From Octopus vulgaris (Eukaryota), in the NCBI GenBank assembly GCA_951406725.2, contig OX597820.1, forward strand, positions 94,550,001-94,614,000: a DNA stretch of 64,000 nucleotides. Direction: 5' to 3'. The position numbers and the translations under genes were made by a program. Positions within the stretch are counted from its first letter, which is position 1. The number at the start of each line of letters is the position of its first letter. This document shows, piece by piece, positions 26,910 through 39,610 of the stretch. The notes under the pieces were generated by a model. That model had not been told where the DNA came from. It was given only the letters and a program-made list of their open reading frames with translations, and searched no databases.

Positions 26910-29878
26910 TGGCAGGTTTGGAGTCCTAGGCACCACGCAGTGGCGCCCAGTTCTGGCATTTGCGTAACTCTCGATGCCAAAGTTCAGGACACTTCCCTCC
27001 AGGATCTTCCAGATGTATATTATGGCATATCTTTCCCGCCTACGCTCCAGGGAATATAATTTTAATCTCTTGAGTCTTTCCCAGTAGCTTACATTCTGCA
27101 TAGAGGCTATCTTCTTTGTGTAGCTTCGTTGGATCGCCTCAAGTTCTGTGATCAACTTGACACTGGATGGTGACCATAGCTGAGAGCAATAGTCAAAGTG
27201 GCTTAGGACAAGTGTCTTCCAGAGGACCATCATGGTTTCTTGTTCTCTTGTTCTAAAGGTTCTAAGAATCCAGCCAGCCAGCCGTCTACATTTCATTGTC
27301 AGTTTAGCAACATGTACATGAAAGGTCGCGTCATCACTCATGTGAATACCCAGGTCACGCACTGATTGTGCCTCTGGGATTGCAATCCCTCCGGGTCCAG
27401 TGTATTCATTGGGTATTGCATTCAGTTTTGCATGTTGATAGTATAAAGCTTGAAACTTTCCAGCATTGAACTGCATGCTATTCTTTTCAGCCCACTTGTA
27501 TATTTCGTCCAGCTCACATTGCAGGTGTTTAGTGTCCTCAGGGTTCTGTATTGCCTGTGAAACTTTTGTATCATCTGCATAACTTGTGATCGTGGCTCTC
27601 TGCGTGGCTGAGGGCATGTCTGAGAGGGCCATTATGAACAGTAGTGGTCCCAGAACAGTGCCCTGCGGAACACCGCTCACTATTTGTGTGTTAATGGAGG
27701 TGGCCCCATTGGCTACTACCACCTGACTTCTATCCTTCAGAAAGTCATGAAGCCATTCTCCCAGTTTTCCAACTATGTTGAGATCACGCAGTTTGTGACA
27801 TATCATTCCATGATCGACTTTATCAAAGGCCTTTGCAAAGTCGAGATATATCACTTCCACATTTGAGTGGTTGAGCAGCCGTTTCAGCACCCAGTCATAG
27901 TGTTGTAGGAGCTGAGTTAAACAGCTTCTCCCTGGTCGGAAACCATGTTGGGTGTCGCGCAGCAAGTCATTCTCTTCAAGGAAGGTGATCAGCTTCCTTC
28001 TGACTATTCGTTCCATGACCTTGCTGATGTGTGAGGTCAGAGAGATAGGTCTATAGTTCTTGGCTTCCGCTCTGCTACCTCCTTTATGAATGGGGCATAT
28101 TTTACCTTCCTTCAGTTTTCCTGGAAGTTTGCCAGCTGCAAGGAAGCTCTGAAAGAGGAACTGCAGTGGTCTTGCTAGGACTCTCTTACATGCTTTTAGG
28201 AGGATTGCCGGGAATCCATCGGGGCCAGTAGCTGAGTCTGTTTTCATTTCATCTATAGCCTTGGTTACATCGTCTTCCTTTATATCGATGTAATCTATCG
28301 TCGCCGCCTCTGATTTTATATCTGCAGTGGTAAAAAAGTCAGTTGGATTGGTGATTTGGAGATGCCCAAGGGGTGGAGTGAAAACACTCTTGAATTGCTC
28401 ATTCAGTATTTCACTTACCCTCATTGGTTTTCCTGTAAGTGTGCCATCCTTTTCGAGGAGTGGCCCTATTCTACAGTGCACTGTAGCTGTTTCTTTGGCA
28501 TACCTGTAGAAAGCTCTGGGGTTAGATTTTATGTTTTCTATAGCCCAGGCTTCTTTGTCTGCTCTTTCTTTTTCATGGGAGAGTTGCAGACATTTTTCGA
28601 TTTCCAACAGTTTTATTTTCAGGCGGGACTTTTCACTGCTTTCAATCTGTTTGTTTAGGCGATTTGAAAATTTCGTACGCCGTCTCATTAAAATTTTCCT
28701 CTCTCTGGGGATTTTGTTCTTGTGTACAGTGGCCTTTCTCTCTGGGACACATTTGTAGCATATGGCTTGCATTACAGACATGAATTGTTGAAGTTTCACG
28801 TCGATGTCTGGCGAGGAGAGACATTTAGGCCAGTTTTGTTTGAGGATCTCCTTCTCAATTTGTTTCCAGTTTGCCTTATGGTAGTTCAAGCTGGAAAGAT
28901 TTTGAGGGTTTCTTGTAGGCTGCATGTCCGTGCTCTCTTTTGGCCCGTACATGGTCAGCTCTATCATGTTGTGATCCGAGAGTAGTGTCGGTGTCACTTT
29001 CACATTATGGATGAGATCCATGTCATTTGTGAAGCAGAGATCCAATGTGTTACCTGCCCTGGTTGATTGGAGTATAACCTGCTCCATGTACAGGGTGTTG
29101 GTGAGGTTCAGGAGGGACCTCGCCTGTCCTCGTTCACATCTTGTCATTCCTGGGAGAGAAAGGCCCTCGGGCCATCTGACATTGGGCAGATTGAAGTCTC
29201 CCATAAGAAGCACACCTATGTGTTGTTCTAATGTGGTTAGAATTTCTTCTATTTTTATAAGGCAGTCTTCAAACTTGCCCACATGGCTTGGGGCATCTGG
29301 AGGGCGATATGTAGCACACACAACTACATCAAGTTGCCTAATATGTACAATTAGTGTGTCACACACCGAGTTTGAGTATGACAAGAGGACCTGGGGTGTG
29401 AGGTCCTCACGGATGTACATAGCAACACCTCCATGACTCCTTTCTTTCCTGTCGGTCCGTAGCACAGCATACTGTGGTATGTGTAACTCCGCATCTGCTA
29501 TGTCCGGTTTCAGGTGCGTTTCTGTAAGTGCTATGCATATGGCTTGATTGCATGCAACAAAGTCTCTCAGGAACGGGATCTTTGTCCTGTTACTGAGTGT
29601 TTGCAGTCCTCTGATGTTCAGTAGGAGTATCGAGGTGAGGTGTACGTTGTTGCCGGCGGTGTCCATCCTGTGTCTGTTTGCTGTGGTGGTCTGGTATATA
29701 GTGGGTAGTCCCACCTGCGGGCTTGGGTTTGATGAAGCCAGGTCAGCTGCTGTACAATCTTTTGTGCCATGCACAAAAAAGATTGTTGCTCAGCAGCTGC
29801 TCTTTCGACAACATCATGTTGGCTGTTTGTGGCGCGCACAACATCTGCATACCTCCGCTTTGGGGCAGGTGGTGCATG
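26910..29878 (-). mobile_element. CR1-clade LINE with an uninterrupted APE-RT ORF2 (ORF 26853-29774), truncated at both ends by (TA)n arrays
   Basis: APE motifs LNIRGL, LTETHL, YRPP, GDFN, LDLCF, SDH; RT motifs YRPISLTS, QHGFR, YLDFAKAFD, GVPQG, YADD. Confidence 0.93.
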
Positions 29879-30015
29879 TATATATATATATATAATATAT
29901 ATGCATATATATATATAATGTATATGCATATATATATAAAATATATATGCATATATATATATAATATATATGCATATATATATATAATTATATATATATA
30001 TATATATATATATGC

Positions 30016-30083
<68 letters not shown>

Positions 30084-30130
30084 GCATATATATATATATG
30101 CAAATATATATATATATATATATATATGCA

Positions 30131-30189
<59 letters not shown>

Positions 30190-30481
30190 GCATATATATA
30201 TATATATATGCATATATATATATAATATATATGCATATATATATATATGCATATATATATATATATATATATATGCATATATATATATACATATATATAT
30301 ATATGCATATATATATATATGCAAATATATATATACATATATATATATGCATATATATATATATGCAAATATATATATACATATATATATATATGCATAT
30401 TTATATATATGCAAATATATATATACATATATATATATACAGCTCCCTATATAATATATATATATATAATATATGTATATA

Positions 30482-30541
<60 letters not shown>

Positions 30542-31050
30542 TATATATATATATAATATATATGCATATATATATATAATATATATGCATATATATATAT
30601 ATAATATATATGCATATATATATATAATATATATATTTCTTTACTACCCACAAGGGGCTAAACACAGAGGGGACAAACAAGGACAGACAAAGGGATTACG
30701 TCGACTACATCGACCCCAGTGCGTAACTGGTATTTAATTTATCGACCCCGAAAGGATGAAAGGCAAAGTCGACCTCGGCGGAATTTGAACTCGGAACGTA
30801 ACAACAGACGAAATACGGCTACGAATTTCGCCCGGCGTGCTAACGTTTCTACCAGCTCGCCGCATATGCATATATATATATATATGCATATATATATATA
30901 ATATATATATATATATGCATATATATATATACATATATATATATATATGCATATATATATATATGCAAATATATATATACATATATATATATATGCATAT
31001 TTATATATATGCAAATATATATATATATATATGCATATATATATATATAC

Positions 31051-31121
<71 letters not shown>

Positions 31122-31160
31122 CATATATACATACATGTATATATATATATACATATATAC

Positions 31161-31192
<32 letters not shown>

Positions 31193-31195
31193 ACA

Positions 31196-31243
<48 letters not shown>

Positions 31244-31270
31244 TGTATAAGTATATATATATATATATAT
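29879..31270. repeat. about 1.4-kb interrupted (TA)n array with higher-order units; further (TA)n tracts at 26606-26745, 31738-31780, 35266-35345 and 60685-60736
   Basis: Direct reading of the sequence; source of the YI/HI-rich spurious ORFs. Confidence 0.95.
30641..30862 (-). mobile_element. well-preserved tRNA-derived SINE embedded in the (TA)n array
   Basis: The minus strand reads gcggcgagctggtagaaacgttagcacgccggg...gagttcaaattccgccgaggtcgactttgcctttcatcctttcggggtcgat. Confidence 0.88.
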
Positions 31271-31734
31271 TATATAATTAGGGCTTAGTAAAATAAATTA
31301 CTTTGCCACATACTGAACTTAGTAGAAATAGCAGCCCAAAAAATTTTTTTAGCCACTTCTACTACTTAAAGAAAATTTCTCTCAGATAATGTTTACTCCA
31401 GACAGCTCACGAAGGTTTGGAGGTAAATACAGAAAAATATCACAAGTACATAGATCTATGTACTTGTGTACTTGTGATATTTTTCTGTATTTACCTCCAA
31501 ACCTTCGTGAGCTGTCTGGAGTAAACATTATCTGAGAGAAATTTTCTTTTATAGTAGAAATGGCTACAAAAATTTTTTTGGCTGCTATTTCTACTAAGTT
31601 CAGTATGTGGCAAAGTAATTTATTTTACTAAGCCCTAATTATATAATGTAATATTTTGAATTCGCCTTAAATGGTCCTTTACATACTGAACACTTGGTGA
31701 AATTGATTAATTAATTAATTTTACCCTCAATTGT

Positions 31735-31737
<3 letters not shown>
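31269..31737. mobile_element. long palindromic repeat element (about 180-bp arms, 31269-31647); a related copy lies at 37410-38099
   Basis: Near-perfect inverted repeat centred on AGATCT (31452-31457). The same sequence occurs rearranged at 37410-38099. Confidence 0.8.
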
Positions 31738-31784
<47 letters not shown>

Positions 31785-32513
31785 ACACAGGAAATTAGCT
31801 ATATATAGATGAAGCAGTAACTATACTGAGAAGTAACGTTCATCACGTCTTAAACATGACAGTTCCGTGGGAACCGACGTTACTGCTATTTTTTAACCTC
31901 TGAAGGACGCCTCCTCCAGCGGGTTATTCCATGCAATCTGAAAACAGCCATGCTTAAGTGGCAATAAACATTGCTTCTCAGCGTATTTATTGCTTTTATC
32001 TCTTAAGGAGATTTTATCATCTCGATAATTTGCTTGTTGCAAAATCAGTGACTGTCTCTCGCTTATTTTCTGTATAACGCGAGCTGGAGTGAACTATTGC
32101 TATCTCTAGTAGATGAGTATCCACCACCGAGGATGACCACAAAAATGTCGAGAACGTGCAGTTTGGTGGTATGGTGTCTGGAATATGGTAGGGGTTCACT
32201 CTCCTGCTTGCAATATATATCGGATGCAGATTGCAGCGAATTACAAGCTGGAGGATCAAACCAGCTGGAGGAGCAAATTAACAGCAAATTCTCTTTTTCA
32301 GAATGTAGTGGTTCTAAATCTGCAGAAACACGAAGTCTGCTTCGGACGACGCGGAGTAAAGTGGATACTAAGATATAAATTCTAATGGCGCAAGTTATCT
32401 AAATTCAACATTACGATTCATTTCATCAAATATATGAGCATCTCTTTTACTATTAATTCTCCTTACAGCTCCGTCTCTAAGTATTTTAAGTGCATGAATA
32501 GCTGGATATTTAC

Positions 32514-32647
32514 CTGATACATTATCATAGACCCGAAGGGCTGCTTCTCTGCAATTGTAAGACTGGGGCATTCCAGACTAAGCAAGCTCAAGAACGATAA
32601 CGTCATTCATTTCCTTTGCCATAACAATCCATTGAATATTCATTGGA
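32514..32647 (-). pseudogene. CUB3 middle exon (134 nt) with an in-frame TAG: PMNIQWIVMAKEMNDVIVLELA*SGMPQSYNCREAALRVYDNVS
   Basis: ttttgtttAG acceptor, CAG|GTaaat donor, phase 2-1. Confidence 0.8.
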
Positions 32648-33010
32648 CTAAACAAAAAAGCAAAACATGACTATGTAAAACATGGCTATGTAAAATATGA
32701 CTATATAAAATGAAGACACATACAATAGAAGTACAAAATGGCTGACGGTTAGTAAGGAGAGACACAAATAAGAAAGAAGAAAACGAGGCCAGTAATTGGG
32801 AAGGTAGGTCGTTAGTCGATACTATCGCGCCTAGCACTTGACCGGCACTTTACTTTGTCCTAAGGCGGGATGAAAAGCAGAGTGACTTCAGACGGATTTG
32901 ATCTAAAACGTAAAGAGTTAGAGGAAATGCTAGATACAATTCTGCCAACTTGCACTAATAATAATAATATTTTAAAAGGATTGACGTAACTCTTCACAAA
33001 GGTAAATGAA

Positions 33011-33720
33011 GGTTTTCCGTACGCGTGCTACTCGAACTCATACCTCTTTGTTTACAAGACCAAGTGTGCTAGCGATGACACTAGTGAACCTACCTGAATT
33101 CTTTTGTCAGATTTAAGAACTCTAATTAGTTCGTAGTTGTTTTTGTAAATAAACTTTCGTGTGATTTTACTGCGCATGGTTTTTTTAAGCAGTGTCGATT
33201 TTTTACAATTCTGTAAATAATAATAATAGTATTTTATAAGCTTCACACTTATAGCGATCACTGCATAATGACTAAAGAAAATAGTCACGGTTAGGGAAAA
33301 CCTACTCTTTTCTGTCGGGGGCTTATATGCTCCATTATTAGACTATTTTCTTCGGTCATTGCGCGGTGATCGTTATAAGCTTTAAGCTTATAAAATAGTA
33401 TTATTATTATTATTTACAGAATTGTAAATATCGACACTGCTTAAAAAGCCATTCGCAGCAAAAAACACGAAAGTTTGTTTACAAAAACAACTTTGAACTA
33501 ATTATAATTCTTAAATGTGATAAAAAAAAAAAAATGCAAGTTGGTACGCTAGCACACTTGGCCGCGTAAACAAAGAGGTCTGGGTTCGAGTACCTCGCGT
33601 ACGGAAAACCTACTTTCTTTCTGTTGAGGGGCTGGAGTTTATATGCCCAATTCTTAGACTATTTTCTTTAGTCATTGCACGGTGATTGCTTTAAGATTAT
33701 AAAATACAATTATTATTAAT
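33011..33720. mobile_element. inverted plus partially tandem repeat with a tRNA-like head
   Basis: 33011-33283 is the reverse complement of about 33341-33610. B-box ggttcgagtacc near 33582; a partial copy with an A-box-like tagtgtaatcggtagcac lies at 34075-34110. Confidence 0.65.
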
Positions 33721-33726
33721 TATAGA

Positions 33727-33760
<34 letters not shown>

Positions 33761-34754
33761 ATGTATAAACATATATCCAAATTGAGGGAGCAGGGCAGGT
33801 AAAATCCAGACTACATATGTTTCCTAGCAAGCAGATCCTTTTCTCGAAGCTTACACATTTCCTACCCTTAGATCTTTGGATCTTATTATCACACACACAC
33901 ACACACACATGTATCCCCAGCTGCATCCTTGTTACACGAGAAAAGCCATTGTCAAGAAGACTTACTGAAATGATTCATGATTGTTGCCATGTGATGCTCT
34001 TATATGACTTTTAAGCCCGGCCATGCTTTTAGACATTTTATTACATACTAGACAAAAAATGCAAGTTAGTTCGCTAGTGTAATCGGTAGCACACTTGGCC
34101 GCGTAAACATATAAATATAAATATGTGTGCGTGATTGATCACCATGATTGATCGCTAAACCTTTCTTATTTTCTCTCTCTGCTTTTTTCTGTGTTCCCTT
34201 CTGTTGAAGTGCGTAGGCTTGAAACGTAAAAGACTTTCTCACTTCCCGAGTGTTAAACTAATACATCTGTTTGTTGTTTACACACCCGCCTTCGTCTTTT
34301 GCTTTGTTCTTTTTGGTAAATTCCAACTATATATACATATATATATATATATATTTTCTAGTTTCAGCTCAGAGCTGCGGCCATGCTGATGCAATATATA
34401 TATATACATACATATACACAGAGAGAGAGAGAGAGTTAGGGAGTGGGAGAGAGACAAGTATAGCTATAAACAGATAGATATGAATACACGACAGGCTTCC
34501 ACACAGTTTTTGGCTACCAACTTCACTCATTAGGTATTGGTCGACCCGGTACAATGGAAGACACTTGCCGAAGGTATCGTACATGGGACTTTACACGAAA
34601 CTCCTCAGTTGCAAAACAAACTTTTTAACCTTAAACCCCCCGCTTAACTTTTAATAATTGATGTGGTTAATAATATTTTTTGATACATTGTATTTGTTTG
34701 TGTAACATTTCTGTATTGTCATGCTGGAGAGCCGTAAATTTGATTTATACTTAC

Positions 34755-34845
34755 ATGTCAGTTTGGTTGAAAAAATCTGGTGATGTAAAATACTGTTTCT
34801 CATCATCAGCCACCATATATGAATCATTATATAACTCAAGAGTCG
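34755..34845 (-). CDS. CUB3 N-terminal exon (91 nt): PTLELYNDSYMVADDEKQYFTSPDFFNQTD
   Basis: ttttgctAG acceptor, GTaagt donor, phase 1-2. Confidence 0.8.
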
Positions 34846-35263
34846 CTAGCAAAACAAAAAGTTATTAAGGAGTGATTATATGTGAGAAAAATTCAACATC
34901 TGCATGTAAACTGTGTAATACATTCAGCAATGACATATATAAACATATGGTAACGGTCTTCTTGCAAATTTAACAATATCAATATTTATATGACCTAACG
35001 TTCGAACTATAATGCGCGAGTCACTGTGTCCACACGCACATACAAGCATAAGAAACACACTACGGAAACCTAAAGACAATAAACACAAACATAGGCGAGC
35101 GCACATGCATACATATATACATACACATGCAGACGCGCGCGCGCACACACACACACACACACACAATCCAAATAAGAAGACGAAGAAACAGTTCATCACA
35201 GCTTTAATGACCACTCACAATTGTTTACGGGGCAAATCTGTTTCCAACCATATGGTTACGAAA

Positions 35264-35350
<87 letters not shown>

Positions 35351-35667
35351 GTTATATTACATAGGGTATTATATTTGAACAGTAATTTTATATTTGAAAA
35401 GGAAAAGTTTAACGGTGACTTCGAACTTCCAACAGTTGTGGCTCCCTCAAACTCTCTGTTTTCTGATGTATATTGGCAGCCATTATGCTAACGCAAGTCC
35501 AGATATAACAACTAAGCATTACTGATGAGGAGGGACAAGATTTACAGTAGAATCATGCTTATAAAATTCCTTTTCACTGGCACTTATAAAGTTTTGTTTG
35601 ACTTTTAAAATTGTCAAGCGAAAATTAGTCGCTGTCAGCGTTTGTGTGTGTGTGCATATGTGTGTGC

Positions 35668-35752
<85 letters not shown>

Positions 35753-35855
35753 CGAGAGAGTTTCTATTAGTGTGTGCATATGTGGTGCTGAATGAATTTA
35801 AAAGTCGTTTATGCATGCATCTTTTGTGTTGTTCATGTAAACATTGAGCTCACAC

Positions 35856-35889
<34 letters not shown>

Positions 35890-35917
35890 CAGCAAAACAA
35901 CCCGCATAAGGACTTAC

Positions 35918-36067
35918 GTGAGAGAAGTTCGTACTTTGCTACGAATGATACATCCACTATAGGGTGCGCGGAGTAGAACATCACATGGAATGATTTCGTT
36001 TCAGTTTGGAATATCGGATTTTCATCATTGCAAAACTTTTTCAGAAGTGTTCTTGAGTTTGGCGAAC
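35918..36067 (-). CDS. CUB2 C-terminal exon (150 nt): GSPNSRTLLKKFCNDENPIFQTETKSFHVMFYSAHPIVDVSFVAKYELLS
   Basis: ttttttcAG acceptor, GTaagt donor, open frame. Confidence 0.85.
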
Positions 36068-36214
36068 CTGAAAAAAACATATATTTATGCATTTTATGTA
36101 ATGGTGCTCATGAAAACTAAACCTCTCCCACCACAACCCTTGTTTATACAGAGCGCCGCTGAAGCAGCACTGGAGGTGGCGGAGAGTTATCTCCCTGCTA
36201 GCGATATAACTATT

Positions 36215-36450
36215 GCATTGGCATCCTTTCTGTCTCGGGAGACAATGGAGTTGCGCATGAAGTAGTCTAGTCCGGCTTTTATATTTCATGTCCTGATACA
36301 TTTCCTGCTGTGGCTGTGTAGTCCTATCCTGGACAAACACTCCCTCTGGCAGGTACCGCAAATGTAGCGAAGACTTTTCCTGGCTGGTTGTAGTGCCATA
36401 GTCTCTTGTTTACGTCTCTTCCTTTCTTTCCATTTTTCCTCTCTCTCTCT
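36215..36450 (-). mobile_element. RTE-clade LINE 3' end
   Basis: The minus strand encodes YICGTCQRECLSRIGLHSHSRKC* (terminal zinc finger), then a ccattgtctcccgagacagaaaggatgccaa tail. Confidence 0.8.
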
Positions 36451-36934
36451 GTCACTCTTTTGTATTCCCTCTTTTACTGTACGTCGCGATATAACTAAGT
36501 GTACATTTTTACATATAACTAAGTGTACATTTTTACACCAAAAACCAATATGAGAGTTTCTCTCGTGGTATCTACCACAGTATAGTTTCTTCTAACAGAA
36601 CACCCACGTTTAAGTGGAGATTATATTACTCTACTTAAGACATAGTATTCGTTCATGACGAAAAAACGCAAGAGTATATTCTGAGATACACTGGAATTGA
36701 ATCATTTGCACTTTGCAAACTTATAATGGAATCTAAATCCCGGCATGCAAGCGAAGAAATCACTTGTTAGTTATATAGTGTTGTCACCATTTCCAGTACT
36801 GTATTGGCACTTATATACAGTACAACTAGCTGGGTTGTGGTGATATGAATTAAACATCTCGTCATAGATGTGACCTAACATCAATTGACTTAGCAACTAT
36901 AACTTTCACATGTATATCGTTAATGATACAGACA

Positions 36935-36998
<64 letters not shown>

Positions 36999-37027
36999 TG
37001 CACGCACACATACACCCATATATATAT

Positions 37028-37232
37028 ATGTTGAAAAGTTCCTGGTTTTGGGTAAAAAATAATACAGGAGGATCAGTTAATTATGATTTTTTTCAACATA
37101 TTCCCCTCTCAAATCACACACTTATTGCAGCGGTCCTTAAGTTATTCTAAGCTCCGTAAAAGAACTCGGAAGTTTGGACCTCCAGCCAGGTCTTTCACGA
37201 TACCCTTAAAGCCAAGAACTTTTCGGCACACG
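37028..37232 (-). mobile_element. mariner 3'-end remnant
   Basis: ITR-like ttgaaaagttcc; the minus strand ends in CDLRGEYVEK. Confidence 0.6.
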
Positions 37233-38330
37233 TTCGTATATACATACACACATTTACATATATATATATATATCTCGATCACGAGACCGACCAGACCATC
37301 AGGTGTTATTACACACCGATGGTCAAAATGCGTTCGCATTGTTTTAGCCTTCAAATGACGCCACCCCGCTGGCTAAGCGAGCAGGCCAATAATATATATA
37401 TATATATATATAAAATAAATTACTTTGCCACATACTGAACTCATTAGAAATAGTAGCTAAAAAAACTTTTTTAAAACTATTTCTAATACTTAAAGAAAAT
37501 CTCTCTCATATAGTGTTTGCTCAATTCAACTCACGAAAGTATGGGGGTAAAGACATTAAAAAATCAGATGCAAAGGTTATTTGAGAACGTACGTTTCAAG
37601 ATTAGTCAACTCGACATTTCTATCATCAGCTCAGAACTCCTTGGTTTGGATTTGAAAACACTGAAAGTGGGAGCATACCCTTTCGGCTTCTTATCGCTTC
37701 TGAAGATCTGCTCGAAACTAACAGTGCCAGCACACCCAAAATATGCAAGCGAAGAATTTCTGCTCTCCCCTTTCCACCAGCCTGGGTTAAAATCAGTAAA
37801 CACTATGCTTTTTCGGTAAATCCGAAACATTAAATAGAGAGAGATGAATTATAATTTCAACAATTGAGGGTAAAATTAATTAATTAATTATTAATCAATT
37901 TCACCAATCAATTTCACCAATCAATTTTTTTAGCTACTATTTCTAATGAGTTCAGTATGTGGCAAAGTAATTTATTTTACTAAGCCCTTTTATATAATGT
38001 AATAATTTGAATTCGCCTTAAATGGTCCCTTTACATACTGAACACTTGGTGAAATTGATTAATAATTAATTAATTAATTTTACGCTCAATTGTTGAAATA
38101 TATATATATATATATATATATATCCATACACACACTTACCCCCTCTCTCTCACTCTCTCACTCACTATGTGTGTGTGTGTATTGCATGTGTGTTGTGTGT
38201 GTATGTGCGTGTGTAAGACTTTGTTCAAGATGTTTTACTCTAATGATTAATTTTATTTTCATTTTATATATATGGTTTTGGTTAAATTTTGTTTAAGTTA
38301 TATCTTTGTGTATTCAAACATAACTGTTAC

Positions 38331-38452
38331 CTTCATATACAGCGATATACTTTGATTGGCAGTCTTCATTTTCTTCTCCCATATCCGTAAAAAGAAACTA
38401 CAGCAGAATGGTGTCGTTTCCTCCCCCGTTTGAAATAAACCATTTGCAATAG
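38331..38452 (-). pseudogene. CUB2 middle exon (122 nt) with an in-frame TAG and acceptor changed AG to AT: YCKWFISNGGGNDTILL*FLFTDMGEENEDCQSKYIAVYE
   Basis: A long polypyrimidine tract ends in cacAT instead of cacAG; GAAG|GTaac donor; textbook CUB middle segment. Confidence 0.8.
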
Positions 38453-38544
38453 ATGTGACAAAGGTAGAATAAAAGAAAACCAAATAAGAAAAAAAATAAA
38501 ACAAAATGGCTCACAATTTTATCTTTTGTTATTTAGTGCAAGTT

Positions 38545-39610
38545 TATCAACATGCCAGACTAAATGCTTTATGGCATTTCATCTGTCTTTCCGTTCTGTA
38601 TTCAAACTCCACCGAGCTTGACTTTACTAGTCATCCTTTCGGAGTTGAGATAAGTGTCAGTTGAGCACTGGGGTCGATGTAATAGACTACAAATCCAACC
38701 CCACCAAAATTTCAGGCCTTCTGTCTACAATAGAAGAACTGATAATGCGCTGATCAAGCTGAACTCTTAGCACACCAGACAAAATCTTGCCGAATCCTTA
38801 GCACACCAGATCAAATCTCGCCGAAGTCGATTTTGCTTTCCAAGTGGCACAACCGTTACTGGATCAGGAAAATTGTATAGCGGCATTTCTTTCGACTCTT
38901 TACATTCTGGATTCAAATCATTCCGAAGTCAACTTTACTTTTCATTCTTTCGAGGTCGATTAAATAAAGCATTGGTCAAGAACTGTGGTCATTGTAATCG
39001 ATTAAACTCTTCCCTCAAAATTGAAAGCCTTTTGCCCAAGTTTGAAACAATTATTTAGTGCAATTAAGGTTATTGACTTGGCAATATTTTTAGATCATCT
39101 GATGTAGTCATGCGATAGTTTTACCGGCTCTTTACGTTCTGAGTTCACATGTCAAGGTCAACTTTGCCTTTAATTCTGTCAGGATCGATAAAATATTGCA
39201 CCAATCAAGTACTGAGAACAATGATATTAACTAAACCATTCCTTCAAAACTTGACATCGGGCCGTGAGTTGGCAGAAGCGCAAGAGCCTCATGCAAAATG
39301 CTTTGCGATACTTGTTCCGGCTCTTTACGAGATCAAGTCCCACCTTTCAACTCTCAGAGATCGTTAAATTAAAAAATACCAGTCAAATACAGGGTTCGAT
39401 ATAATCAGTTGAATCCTCATGAATTTCAGGCTTTTTATCTACATTAGAAACAATTTAGTCCAAGTTAGTTGAAACCGAGGAGTGTTAGTTTGAATAACTT
39501 GAGGTATTTAATTATATCTTATTTAAGTTCTCAGTTGAAATACCTCTGATGCTGACTTGACCCTTTATGCCGTTGGGAATCGATAGAATATGTAACAATC
39601 AAGTAATGCC
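38545..39610 (+). mobile_element. cluster of degenerate SINE copies (similar clusters at 42165-42750, 55220-55900, 56290-56640, 57225-57550; minus-strand copies at 16596-16780, 32785-32955, 53570-53770)
   Basis: Repeated degenerate core gtcaactttgcctttcatcctttcgaggtcgat.aaataagtacca. Confidence 0.75.

Noticed and set aside
29618-31288. Numerous YI/HI-rich ORFs up to 302 aa (also YIHT, CV and poly-I/Y/L ORFs elsewhere)
   Set aside because: They are translations of (TA)n, (CATA)n, (CA)n and (TAA)n microsatellites.
32063-32319. Minus-strand open frame after a ctgcAG acceptor with degenerate PPxY-like motifs (DPPACNSL, EPLPYS)
   Set aside because: It lies inside the intron between two well-fitting CUB3 exons and has no recognisable domain. 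It cannot be excluded as an alternative last exon but is unsupported.
37940-38060. Hammerhead-like ctaatga-gttcagtatgt...acatactgaac-acttggt-gaaa
   Set aside because: The 11-bp stem is real, but the first core box is CTAATGA and GAAA is displaced by 7 nt, so it is not a valid core.
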